This document shows positions 55,904 through 64,000 of a stretch of 64,000 nt of DNA, one piece after another. The notes under the pieces are model-generated. The model made no database searches. It worked only from the letters and a program-made list of their open reading frames with translations, and was not told the DNA's origin. How positions within the stretch are numbered: the stretch's first letter is position 1; each line of letters opens with the position of its first letter. The stretch comes from Elusimicrobiota bacterium (GTDB lineage Bacteria > Elusimicrobiota > Elusimicrobia > Elusimicrobiales > UBA9959). The stretch spans positions 8,340 through 72,339 of the forward strand of contig JAGVVD010000043.1 in the NCBI GenBank assembly GCA_019135865.1. The letters run 5' to 3'. The position numbers were made by a program, and so were the translations under genes.

Positions 55904-55982
55904 TCCCCTTCGGGTTCGGCGGACGAAGACCGGGCGGGCGCCTTTCAGAAAGGCCCCGCCCGCGTCCATAAGAGGAGAAGGA

Positions 55983-57353
55983 ATGCGGGCTCCCGACACG
56001 ACCGACACGATAGTGGCGCCTTCCACGGCGCCGGGCGGCGCGGCCATAGCCGTGCTGCGCGTGTCGGGCCCGCGCGCCTTCGCCGTCTGCTCTAATTTTC
56101 TGCACCCCAACAAGGCGCTCGCCGACCCGAAACCGCGCCTGACCCACCTGCTCAGGATAAAGGACGGCGAAGAGGTGGTGGACCGCGCCGTCGCCGTCTT
56201 CTACCGCGCGCCGGCCAGCTATACCGGCGACGACACGGTGGAGCTTTTCTGCCATGGCTCTCCCTATATACTGCGCTCCGCGCTCACGCTGGCCATACGC
56301 CACGGCGCCCGCGAGGCGGAGCCCGGCGAGTTCACGCTGCGCGCCTTCCTCAACGGCAAGCTGGACCTGGCGGAGGCCGAGGCCGTCGGCGACCTCATCG
56401 CCTCCTCCACCCGGGCCGAGCACGCCGCCGCCATGCGCCAGGTCGAAGGGGAGCTCTCGGAGAGGATAAAGGGATTCAAGGCCCCGCTGGTGTCGGCGCT
56501 GGCCGAGCTGGAGGCGCGGCTCGACGACGCCGATTCGGAGATACCGCCGGAGGACGCCGCGGCCCTGTCGGGAGAAACGCTCTCCGCGCGGGCGAAGATA
56601 GCCGAAGCCGCGGAAAGTTTCAGGCGCGGGCGCTTCGTGCGCGAGGGCATAAAGGTGGCGATAGCCGGCGCCCCCAATTCGGGGAAGTCCTCGCTGCTCA
56701 ACGCGCTCTCCGGCGCCTCCCGCGCCATAGTCTCGCGCGAGCCGGGCACCACCCGCGACTGCGTGGAGACGCCCGTCGAACTGGGCGGCCACCGGGTCGT
56801 CTTCACGGACACGGCCGGTTTCAACCCGGCGCCCGGCGGGGAAATAGAGGCGGAGGGTCTCAGGCGGGCGGCCGCGGCCGTCGCCTCCGCCGACCTCGTC
56901 CTTCTGGTGGCGGACGGCTCCGCGGCGGAGTCGGAAGGCGACCGCCTGGCGGCGGGCACCGTAGCCGACCGGCTGTCCCCGGGCGCGCGCGTCATCAAGG
57001 TCCTCAACAAATCCGACCTGCCGCCGGCGCGCGAGGACTCCGGCGCCGTGAAGGTCTCCGCCCTCACGGGCGCGGGGCTGGACCGGCTGCGCGCCGCGCT
57101 GCTCGAGGGGGAGACGGCCGCCATAGAGGAAGGCGGCCTCGGCGGAGCCGTGACCTCGGCGCGCCATTTCCAGGCGCTCTCCCGCGCCGCGGAGGAACTC
57201 GTCCCCGCGGCCGAAAGGATAAAGGCCGGGGAACCCGAGCTGGCGGCCGAACACCTGCGCGCGGCGCTTTCCTCGCTGGGGGAGATCCTCGGGGAAACCA
57301 CGCCCGAAGACATACTCTCGGAAATATTCGGGAAATTCTGCGTCGGTAAATAA
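55983..57353 (+). CDS. mnmE: tRNA modification GTPase MnmE
   Basis: GAPNSGKSSLLNAL, DTAG, and a C-terminal CVGK tetrapeptide. Confidence 0.92.
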   Translation: MRAPDTTDTIVAPSTAPGGAAIAVLRVSGPRAFAVCSNFLHPNKALADPKPRLTHLLRIKDGEEVVDRAVAVFYRAPASYTGDDTVELFCHGSPYILRSALTLAIRHGAREAEPGEFTLRAFLNGKLDLAEAEAVGDLIASSTRAEHAAAMRQVEGELSERIKGFKAPLVSALAELEARLDDADSEIPPEDAAALSGETLSARAKIAEAAESFRRGRFVREGIKVAIAGAPNSGKSSLLNALSGASRAIVSREPGTTRDCVETPVELGGHRVVFTDTAGFNPAPGGEIEAEGLRRAAAAVASADLVLLVADGSAAESEGDRLAAGTVADRLSPGARVIKVLNKSDLPPAREDSGAVKVSALTGAGLDRLRAALLEGETAAIEEGGLGGAVTSARHFQALSRAAEELVPAAERIKAGEPELAAEHLRAALSSLGEILGETTPEDILSEIFGKFCVGK

Positions 57354-57366
57354 AGAGGGGACGACG

Positions 57367-58110
57367 ATGTTAAAGAGAACGGCTCTGCTTTTCACGGACC
57401 TGGTAGCGAGACCGGGGCCGGCCATCGCGGCCCTCCTCGCCGGGGACGCGCGGTTCGGGCCTGTCCTTCTGCTCTTCGCCGCCTACGCGGCCGTCTCCGC
57501 CCTGGTCTCCTGGCTTATGCCGGCGGGGTTCGTACCCGAACTGCCTCCGGAAACTTTCGGCCGCCCGTACGCGCTCTATCTCTCCGTCTCCCTTTCCGCG
57601 GGGCTGCTGCTGAACGTTCTGGCGGCGGCGGCCCTTCCCTGGGCCTCCTCCTTCTTCTCCGCCGGCCGGATCGGCCCGCGGGTCCTGTTCTCCATAGCGG
57701 GGCTCGGCGTTTATTTCCTTTCTTTCGCGGCGGCGGCCGGCAGACCCGCGGCGGCCGCGCTCCTGGCGGCGGCCCCGGCGGCCGTCTTCCTGGCCCTGCT
57801 CGTCCGAAGGCCCGGATTTCCGGCCTGCTTCAGGATCACGCTGGCTCTTTCCGCGCCGGGGCTGGCGCTGGCCCCCGTCGAGTTCCTGGGCATAGCCGCC
57901 GGCGTAAGGCCGGTCTACGAGGCGGCCATGCTGGCTTCCTCTCTCTGGTCGCTGTGGCTGCTGGCGCGGGCGCTCAAGGCGCGCGGCTCCCCCGGCACCG
58001 CCCGCGCGGCGGCGGCGGCGGTCTCGGTGATACTGCTTTTCGGCGGGATGTTCTACGGGCTTTCCCTGCTGCTGCCGGCCGGTATCGGCCCGCTGCTGAT
58101 GCTGGTCTGA
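57367..58110 (+). CDS. hypothetical polytopic membrane protein
   Basis: 247 aa with five or six Ala/Leu-rich hydrophobic segments, between mnmE and mnmG. No family recognised. Confidence 0.5.
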   Translation: MLKRTALLFTDLVARPGPAIAALLAGDARFGPVLLLFAAYAAVSALVSWLMPAGFVPELPPETFGRPYALYLSVSLSAGLLLNVLAAAALPWASSFFSAGRIGPRVLFSIAGLGVYFLSFAAAAGRPAAAALLAAAPAAVFLALLVRRPGFPACFRITLALSAPGLALAPVEFLGIAAGVRPVYEAAMLASSLWSLWLLARALKARGSPGTARAAAAAVSVILLFGGMFYGLSLLLPAGIGPLLMLV

Positions 58111-58126
58111 GGAAAACGAAGGAAAA

Positions 58127-59896
58127 ATGTTCGAGTACCCGCGGGATTTCGACGTGATAGTGATAGGCGGCGGCCACGCCGGCTGCGAGGCCGCGCTGGC
58201 CCCGGCGCGCATGGGCCTGCGCGTCCTGCTGCTGACGCAGGACCTCGACGCCGTCGCGCAGATGTCGTGCAACCCGTCGATAGGCGGCGTGGCCAAGGGG
58301 CAGGTCGTGCGCGAGATAGACGCGCTGGGCGGAGAGATGGGCCGCAACGCCGACCGCGCGGCGCTGTCCTACCAGCAGCTCAACGCCTCGCGCGGGGCGG
58401 CGGTGCGTTCGCCCCGGGCGCAATGCGACAAGAAGCTCTACCAGTTCTCCATGAAGCGCGTCCTCGAGGGACAGGCGGGGCTGGAGCTCATGCAGGACGA
58501 GGCCGCCCGGCTGGCCTTCGAGGGCTCGCGGCTCTCCGGCGTGATCACCGCGCGCGGCACGCTTTACAGGGGCAGAACGGTGATCCTCTCGGCGGGGACC
58601 TTCCTCAAAGGGCTCATCCACGTCGGCGCGCATACGGCGCGGGGGGGGAGGCTCAACCATTTCCCCAGCGACGCGCTGTCCGACGACCTGCGCGCCCTTG
58701 GCTTCCGGCTGGGCCGGCTCAAGACCGGCACGCCCATGCGCCTCAACGGTCGGACCATCGACTTCTCCGCCTGCGAGGAGCAGAAGCCGGACGACCCGCC
58801 GCGGACCTTCTCCCATTTCGGCGCGCCGCCCTCCCGTCCGTGGCTGTCCTGCTGGATAACCCGCACCGGCCCGGAGCTGCTGAAGGTCGTAAACGCCAAC
58901 CTCCACCGCTCGCCCCTCTACTCCGGCCGCATCAGCGGCACCGGGCCGCGCTACTGCCCGTCGATAGAGGACAAGGCCGTCAAGTTCCCGCACCGGGAGT
59001 CCCACCAGGTCTTCCTGGAGCCGGAGGGCTACGACACGCTGGAATACTACGCCAACGGCCTCTCGACCAGCCTGCCCGAGGACGTGCAGAGGGACATGCT
59101 GCGCACGGTGCCGGGCCTGGAGAAAGCGGAACTGGTAAGGCCCGGCTACGCGATAGAATACGATTACTCCAGCCCGCTCCAGCTCAAGCCGACGCTGGAG
59201 ACCAAGTCCGTGCCGGGCCTCTACTTCGCGGGCCAGGTGAACGGCACCACGGGCTACGAGGAGGCCGCCGCGCAGGGGCTGGTCGCCGGCGTCAATGCGG
59301 CCTGCGCGCTGAAAGGCATGGAGCCGCTGATACTCTCCCGCGACCGCTCCTATATCGGCGTGATGATCGACGACCTAACCGCCAAAGACGTGGACGAACC
59401 GTACAGGCTTTTCACCTCGCGCGCGGAATACCGGCTGCTGCTGCGCCAGGACAACGCCGACATGCGGCTGATAGAGGAAGGCTTCCGCCTCGGCCTGGTG
59501 GACGCCGCGCACAGGCCGGCCTGGGAGCGCTACCGGGCGGCGGTGGCGAAATTCTCGGCCGACCCCGCCGCCGGGCCCGCCGGCGGCGGCCCGCTGCTCC
59601 CCTGGTCCGAAGCGCGCGCCGCCGAGCACGCCGGCATCGAGCGCCGCTACGCCGGCTACATAGCCCGCAACCTGCGCGAGGCGGAGAAGATGCGGCGGCT
59701 GGAGGGCTTCCCGCTGCCGCAGGATCTGGACTACGCCGGCCTGCGGGGCCTGCTGACGGAATCCCGGCAGAAACTCTCCGCCGTGCGCCCGCTCACGCTG
59801 GGCCAGGCCTCCCGCATACCGGGCGTCACCCCGTCCGACGTGCAGCTGCTCTGGGCCGCCGCGGAAAAGCTCAGGAGGTCCGCGCATGGCCGCTGA
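58127..59896 (+). CDS. mnmG: tRNA uridine 5-carboxymethylaminomethyl modification enzyme MnmG
   Basis: [19 protein letters not shown] fold and full-length GidA pattern. Confidence 0.95.
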   Translation: MFEYPRDFDVIVIGGGHAGCEAALAPARMGLRVLLLTQDLDAVAQMSCNPSIGGVAKGQVVREIDALGGEMGRNADRAALSYQQLNASRGAAVRSPRAQCDKKLYQFSMKRVLEGQAGLELMQDEAARLAFEGSRLSGVITARGTLYRGRTVILSAGTFLKGLIHVGAHTARGGRLNHFPSDALSDDLRALGFRLGRLKTGTPMRLNGRTIDFSACEEQKPDDPPRTFSHFGAPPSRPWLSCWITRTGPELLKVVNANLHRSPLYSGRISGTGPRYCPSIEDKAVKFPHRESHQVFLEPEGYDTLEYYANGLSTSLPEDVQRDMLRTVPGLEKAELVRPGYAIEYDYSSPLQLKPTLETKSVPGLYFAGQVNGTTGYEEAAAQGLVAGVNAACALKGMEPLILSRDRSYIGVMIDDLTAKDVDEPYRLFTSRAEYRLLLRQDNADMRLIEEGFRLGLVDAAHRPAWERYRAAVAKFSADPAAGPAGGGPLLPWSEARAAEHAGIERRYAGYIARNLREAEKMRRLEGFPLPQDLDYAGLRGLLTESRQKLSAVRPLTLGQASRIPGVTPSDVQLLWAAAEKLRRSAHGR

Positions 59897-60536
59897 ATTC
59901 CCGGCGCCGCCGCCCGAATGGGGACTGCGCCTCTCCCCGGAGCAGCTGGAAAAACTGGCTCTCTACGCCGCCGGCCTGCGCGAGATGAGCGGCAGGCTCA
60001 ACCTGGTCTCGCCCGCCGACCTGGCCGTCATCGAGACGCGCCACATAACCGATTCGCTGGCCGGCGCCGTCCCGCTGCGCCGCCTCCTTCCCGGCGGGGG
60101 AACGGTGCTGGACGCCGGCTCGGGCGCGGGCTTCCCGGGCGTGCCGCTCGCCATCGCCCTGCCGGAGCTGGAGTTCACCTTCTGCGATTCCAGCCTGCGC
60201 CGTTTCCAGTTCCTGACCTGGATAACTTCCCGGCTGGGCCTGCGCAACGCGCGGGCCCTTCACGCGCGACTCGGCCAATGGAAAGGGCCTCTTTATTCCG
60301 CCGTGGTGCAGCGGGCGATGGGCCAACTTGAAAACATACTGCCTCAATGCTTAAATATAGCGGCGCGGGGAGGGTATTTCCTCGCCTGGCAGACGGCGGC
60401 CCAGGTCGCGGCGGACCGGCCCGCGGCGGCCGCGGCGCTGGCGGCCGCCGGCGGCGAACTGAAGGAGGACCTCGGTTATCCGCTGCCGGGGGAGAAAGAG
60501 GAGCGTCACATTTTGGTCTTCGCCAGAAAAGGATAA
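59886..60536 (+). CDS. rsmG: 16S rRNA (guanine527-N7)-methyltransferase RsmG
   Basis: The SAM motif [15 protein letters not shown]. Follows mnmG with an 11-nt overlap. Confidence 0.88.
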   Translation: MAAEFPAPPPEWGLRLSPEQLEKLALYAAGLREMSGRLNLVSPADLAVIETRHITDSLAGAVPLRRLLPGGGTVLDAGSGAGFPGVPLAIALPELEFTFCDSSLRRFQFLTWITSRLGLRNARALHARLGQWKGPLYSAVVQRAMGQLENILPQCLNIAARGGYFLAWQTAAQVAADRPAAAAALAAAGGELKEDLGYPLPGEKEERHILVFARKG

Positions 60537-60546
60537 GTTCCCTATT

Positions 60547-61107
60547 ATGCACATACTGAATCATTTCTTCATCCCGTTCGCGCTGATACTCATCGGCTTC
60601 GCGATCTACTTCTCCGAACCGGAAACGGCCGTCACCCGCCTCTCTTTCGCCGTCCTGCTGGCCGCCTTCGCCCTCAACGTCCTGATAAACCGCAACACCT
60701 ACCGCTTCATGCGCTGGATACGCGCGCTGCGCGTCGGCCTCGTCTGGCTCAACCTGCTCACCGCGGCGGTACTGTTCTACCTGCTCGGCGGCTACTGGGC
60801 GCCCATGTGGCTGCTCTTCACCATGCCTTCCGCGGCCGGCGCTATGTTCATGGGCAGGGCCGGGGCCGGACTCACCGCGGCCGCGGCCGCCGCGCTCATG
60901 ATGGCCATCTACCTTTTCCGCGGCGCGCGCTTCGCCCTGATAGCGGACCCCGGGATAACCACCTACGCCGAAGCGCTGCGCCAGGTGCTGGCCACGGGCC
61001 AGGTCTGGGGCCAGGCGGCCATACACGCTCTCTTCATAGTGGTTTTCGCCCTGTTCGTGCAGGCGATGTCGGAGATGGTGGTTAAGATGCGCGACTCGAT
61101 GCGGTGA
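60547..61107 (+). CDS. hypothetical polytopic membrane protein
   Basis: 186 aa with five or so hydrophobic helices. No family recognised. Confidence 0.5.
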   Translation: MHILNHFFIPFALILIGFAIYFSEPETAVTRLSFAVLLAAFALNVLINRNTYRFMRWIRALRVGLVWLNLLTAAVLFYLLGGYWAPMWLLFTMPSAAGAMFMGRAGAGLTAAAAAALMMAIYLFRGARFALIADPGITTYAEALRQVLATGQVWGQAAIHALFIVVFALFVQAMSEMVVKMRDSMR

Positions 61108-61138
61108 TCGTCCCGGCCGGAAGGCGGGAACGCGACAA

Positions 61139-62242
61139 ATGGACATATTAGCGCGGTTAAGACTCCTCTTCTGGTCGCTGGTGCTCGTCATCTGGGGCCT
61201 GTTCATGTACCAGTACATGAACGAGGACATCTCGGCCCTGCCGCAGATGCGCTTCTCCAAGAACCCTTTCAGCAAGCCCGCCGCGCCCTACAAGATAGCC
61301 CGTCACACCTCCAGGCCGGGCGTGTACGTTCCGCCCGCCGCGCCGGCCATGAACACCGTCGGGCGCTCCACCCGGACCGCCGCCGGCACCCACTCGCTGG
61401 TCGTGGGGAACCTCCCGGCCGCGCCGGACCTGATACCCGGCCACGCCCAGGAGGAGAAGGTCTCCATCCACCAGGCCATAGAGGACGCCGAAAAAGCCTC
61501 CTACCCGCCGCTGCCGGACGGCTTCGCGGCTGCGGAGACCCGGCATTTCCTGGTCTACGAGGAGGGGGCTTCGGTCTCGGAGGAACTGACCGCGCAGCTG
61601 GAGAACCTGCACGGCAATATAATGCTCGACCTGGTCGCCTTCTCGCCCTGGACGCGCGAGAAGAAGGTTTTCATCTATTACTGCCACAACCAGCAGACCT
61701 ACCAGCGTCTCACGGGCAGACCGGCCTGGTCCGGCGGCGCGGCCAGCCTGAGCGAGCGCAAGATCTACCTCTACCACAGCTCCGAGGCCTTCGGCATACT
61801 CGCCCATGAGCTGACGCACATCTATTTCGACAGTTTCTTCACCGCCGAAAATCCGAGCCCGCTCTGGCTCAGCGAAGGCGTCGCGACGTTCATTCAGTCC
61901 GAACGCGGCCTCTCCACGCCGCTCTGGCTCACGCAGAACCTGCGCATACTCTCCGGAGGGGGAGGATTCAAGCTCGAGGACCTGGTGCGCATCGACGACA
62001 TGGCCGACGCCGAGGAGGACAGCGTGCGGCTCTGGTACGCCCAGTCCTACAGCGTGACGCGTTTCCTGATGCGCGCCAAGACCGGCGACGCTTTCTACAT
62101 GTTCTGCCGCAACCTGCGCGACGGGCACCCCGTGGCGCAGGCCATGTACCGGGCCTACGGCATGCCCTACAACAGGATGTCCTCGCTGGAATACGCCTGG
62201 CGTTACGACCTCAAGACCGGCAAGATCTCGGGCATACAGTAG
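61139..62242 (+). CDS. membrane-anchored putative zinc metallopeptidase (HExxH)
   Basis: An N-terminal TM helix (LLFWSLVLVIWGLFMY) and ILAHELTHIYF followed by WLSEGVATF, a possible third ligand Glu. No closer family recognised. Confidence 0.5.
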   Translation: MDILARLRLLFWSLVLVIWGLFMYQYMNEDISALPQMRFSKNPFSKPAAPYKIARHTSRPGVYVPPAAPAMNTVGRSTRTAAGTHSLVVGNLPAAPDLIPGHAQEEKVSIHQAIEDAEKASYPPLPDGFAAAETRHFLVYEEGASVSEELTAQLENLHGNIMLDLVAFSPWTREKKVFIYYCHNQQTYQRLTGRPAWSGGAASLSERKIYLYHSSEAFGILAHELTHIYFDSFFTAENPSPLWLSEGVATFIQSERGLSTPLWLTQNLRILSGGGGFKLEDLVRIDDMADAEEDSVRLWYAQSYSVTRFLMRAKTGDAFYMFCRNLRDGHPVAQAMYRAYGMPYNRMSSLEYAWRYDLKTGKISGIQ

Positions 62243-62336
62243 GGGACGCTGATTCCTAAATGCCTAATTACGACGATTCCCTCCAAGTCCGTTTCCAGCT
62301 ATTTTTTAAATTAGGCATTTAGGAATCAGCGTCCCC
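62242..62336. repeat. 28-bp perfect inverted repeat with a 39-nt loop
   Basis: ggggacgctgattcctaaatgcctaatt (62242-62269) and its exact reverse complement (62309-62336). The left arm starts within the stop codon of the preceding gene. The arms are AT-rich relative to the genome. Confidence 0.85.
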
Positions 62337-62347
62337 TTCCTTATATA

Positions 62348-62387
62348 AGGCCGCTGTTGATATGTATCAATCGCGGCCTGTTTTTTT
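62348..62387 (+). terminator. Rho-independent terminator
   Basis: Hairpin aggccgc-tgttgata-tg-tatcaa-tc-gcggcct followed by g and ttttttt. Confidence 0.7.
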
Positions 62388-62443
62388 GACATCCCTAAAA
62401 CAATAAAAAATACTTGTAAATCAAGACTTTTTACATGTCCCTA

Positions 62444-62472
62444 TTGACAATAATAGGTTCATTGTCTATACT
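62444..62472 (+). promoter_or_regulatory. Consensus sigma70 promoter of the dcw cluster (mraZ)
   Basis: TTGACA, 17 nt, TATACT, about 77 nt upstream of the mraZ ATG. Confidence 0.7.
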
Positions 62473-62481
62473 TTGGTTCCG

Positions 62482-62518
62482 GTGGTGGAAAGTGGTGTGA
62501 AGTGTTTTAAGAGTGGGT
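62482..62518 (+). promoter_or_regulatory. Putative MraZ operator (phased GTG(G/T) repeats)
   Basis: gtggtggaa-agtggtgtga-agtgttttaa-gagtgggt. (A)GTGG/GTGT/GTGGG motifs recur at intervals of about 10 bp between the promoter and mraZ. Confidence 0.45.
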
Positions 62519-62548
62519 TAAAAGGGTTCACAGTAGAGCACAACTAAA

Positions 62549-62998
62549 ATGGGCGCCCTGTACGGAGAATACGACCACGTAATAGATCCGAAAAGCCGGA
62601 TCTTCATTCCGTCCCGTTTCCGCCAGGAACTGCAGAAGGAAGACAAGTCCCATTTCATGCTCACCGTCGGTTTCGACCGCTCGCTCAGCCTCTTCCTGCC
62701 CTCGAAGTGGGACGAACTGATCTCCAACAACATGGAGATCTTCAAGTACGAGAACAAGGAAGAGGAACGCGCTTTCAAGCGGTACTTCTTCGGCAACGCG
62801 GTGGACGCGGCGCTGGACGAGCAGGGCAGGATCCTGCTGCCGGCCAAGCTCAAGGCTTTCGCGGGACTCAAAAAAGAGATAGTGATACGCGGCGTAGGCA
62901 ACAAGGCGGAAATATGGGATGCGCAGTGCTGGCTGGAATACAAAAAACTGAAAGTCGACCCCTCGCTGGAAAAATTCAGCAAGATCTTCGACTTATGA
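62549..62998 (+). CDS. mraZ: transcriptional regulator MraZ
   Basis: 149 aa with two SpoVT/AbrB-like halves (DPKSRIFIPSRFR and DEQGRILLPAKLK). Confidence 0.92.
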   Translation: MGALYGEYDHVIDPKSRIFIPSRFRQELQKEDKSHFMLTVGFDRSLSLFLPSKWDELISNNMEIFKYENKEEERAFKRYFFGNAVDAALDEQGRILLPAKLKAFAGLKKEIVIRGVGNKAEIWDAQCWLEYKKLKVDPSLEKFSKIFDL

Positions 62999-63894
62999 GC
63001 GAGTGCTACGGGCACGAGCCCGTCATGGCCGTCCAGGTGGCCGACCTCATGGTCACCGACAGGGAGGGGGTATACCTCGACGCCACCCTCGGCATGGGCG
63101 GGCACGCCCGCGCCGTGCTGGAGCGCCTCGGCCCCAAGGGCCGCCTGGTCGGCCTGGACTGGGACCCCGAGATGGCCGCGCACGCGCGCCGCAACCTGGC
63201 CGACTTCGGCTCCCGCGTCACCGTCATAGAGTCCAATTTCGCCAACCTCGACGAGGCCCTGCGCCGCGAGGGGATAGAGTCGGTCTCCGGCGCGCTCTTC
63301 GACCTGGGCGTCTCCTCGCTGCATTTCGACAAGCCCTCGCGCGGCTTCAGCATCCGCCACGACGGTCCCCTCGACATGCGCATCAACCCGTCCAATCCCC
63401 TGACGGCCGCGGCCATAATCAACCAGTGGCCCTACGAGCAGATAGAGCACCTGATACGCGTGGTCGGCGAACGCTGGTCCACCCGGATCAGCCGCGCCAT
63501 CGTGCAGAAGCGGGAAAAGAAGCCGATAGAGACCACCGGCGAGCTGGCCCGCATCATCGAGAACGCCGTGCCCGTGCGCGGTCTCAAGACCCACCCGGCT
63601 ACCAGGACCTTCCTGGCCGTGCGCGTCGCCGTGAACTACGAGTTCGACAACCTGACCCGCGGCATGCAGAAGGTCTCCTCCTTCATCAGGCCCGGGGGCA
63701 GGATGGGCGTCATCACTTTCCACTCCCTTGAAGACCGCATCGTCAAAGAGACCTTCCGGCTGAAGATAAAGCTGGGGGACTGGAACCCGGTGACGCGCAA
63801 GCCGGCCGTGCCCTCCGACGAGGAGACCGCGGCCAACAGGCGCGCCCGGAGCGCGAAGCTGAGAGTGATAGAAAAAGTAGAGGAGGGAAAATGA
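62995..63894 (+). CDS. rsmH: 16S rRNA (cytosine1402-N4)-methyltransferase RsmH
   Basis: HEPVM, DATLGMGGH, GLDWDP, and SFHSLEDR-like ITFHSLEDR. The ATG overlaps the mraZ stop (ATGA). Confidence 0.92.
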   Translation: MSECYGHEPVMAVQVADLMVTDREGVYLDATLGMGGHARAVLERLGPKGRLVGLDWDPEMAAHARRNLADFGSRVTVIESNFANLDEALRREGIESVSGALFDLGVSSLHFDKPSRGFSIRHDGPLDMRINPSNPLTAAAIINQWPYEQIEHLIRVVGERWSTRISRAIVQKREKKPIETTGELARIIENAVPVRGLKTHPATRTFLAVRVAVNYEFDNLTRGMQKVSSFIRPGGRMGVITFHSLEDRIVKETFRLKIKLGDWNPVTRKPAVPSDEETAANRRARSAKLRVIEKVEEGK

Positions 63895-64000
63895 ACCCCA
63901 AGAACATGTTCAGGGCCGGAAGGAAACTCAACCGCCTGCTGACGGGCAAGGGCCGCGGTCCCGCGCTGCCCGAGCTGGGCCAGCTGGAGCCGACCAGGAT
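63891..64000 (+). CDS. partial ORF at the FtsL position of the dcw cluster
   Basis: ATG overlapping the rsmH stop. Only 36 codons are visible (MNPKNMFRAGRKLNRLL...), and no TM helix has appeared by the window end. The call is positional only. Confidence 0.3.
   Translation, partial: MNPKNMFRAGRKLNRLLTGKGRGPALPELGQLEPTR

Overview
The window is a high-GC bacterial chromosomal segment: about 62-66% G+C in the lines I counted by hand. It is densely packed and mostly housekeeping. I cannot assign a lineage from the sequence alone.

Recognisable content, left to right:
- pgi, malic enzyme, tRNA-Met(CAT) and greA.
- An orphan GspE/PilB-type ATPase, an aspartokinase-like gene and a cyclic amidohydrolase.
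- The minus-strand block ribF-truB-nrnA-rbfA-infB-nusA-rimP.
- A catabolic operon encoding a xanthine-dehydrogenase-family enzyme, a C-N hydrolase and the DUF2877/FdrA/DUF1116 trio.
- A PAS sensor and proS.
- The conserved run ispG-rseP-dxr-cdsA-uppS-frr-(gmhA)-pyrH-tsf-rpsB.
- On the plus strand: nadE, an Omp85-like barrel, a NUDIX hydrolase, a NodU-type carbamoyltransferase with two small membrane partners, glyQS and recO (minus strand), rpmH-rnpA-yidD-yidC-jag-mnmE-mnmG-rsmG, and the start of the dcw cluster (mraZ-rsmH).

Non-housekeeping signals:
1. A roughly 3.7 kb insertion (24.35-28.07 kb) sits between the 2Fe-2S and molybdopterin subunit genes of the XDH-family operon. Its low-GC core (about 37-40% G+C) is a three-gene cassette with its own promoter: a small membrane protein, a minimal stand-alone class III nucleotide cyclase, and a TM-anchored protein of unknown fold. 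This is a Pycsar-like architecture, but I could not recognise a canonical effector. It is my best candidate for an undescribed system.
2. A second low-GC islet lies at 1.8-2.9 kb.
3. Two families of long, structured palindromic repeats (A and B, three copies each) show copy-specific compensatory stems. They occur once as an abutting A+B unit with terminal inverted repeats, and elsewhere directly border the low-GC insertions.

I found no rRNA, CRISPR array, integrase or transposase. Many long ORFs in the six-frame track are Arg/Gly/Ala-rich antisense or off-frame shadows typical of high-GC DNA, and I rejected them.
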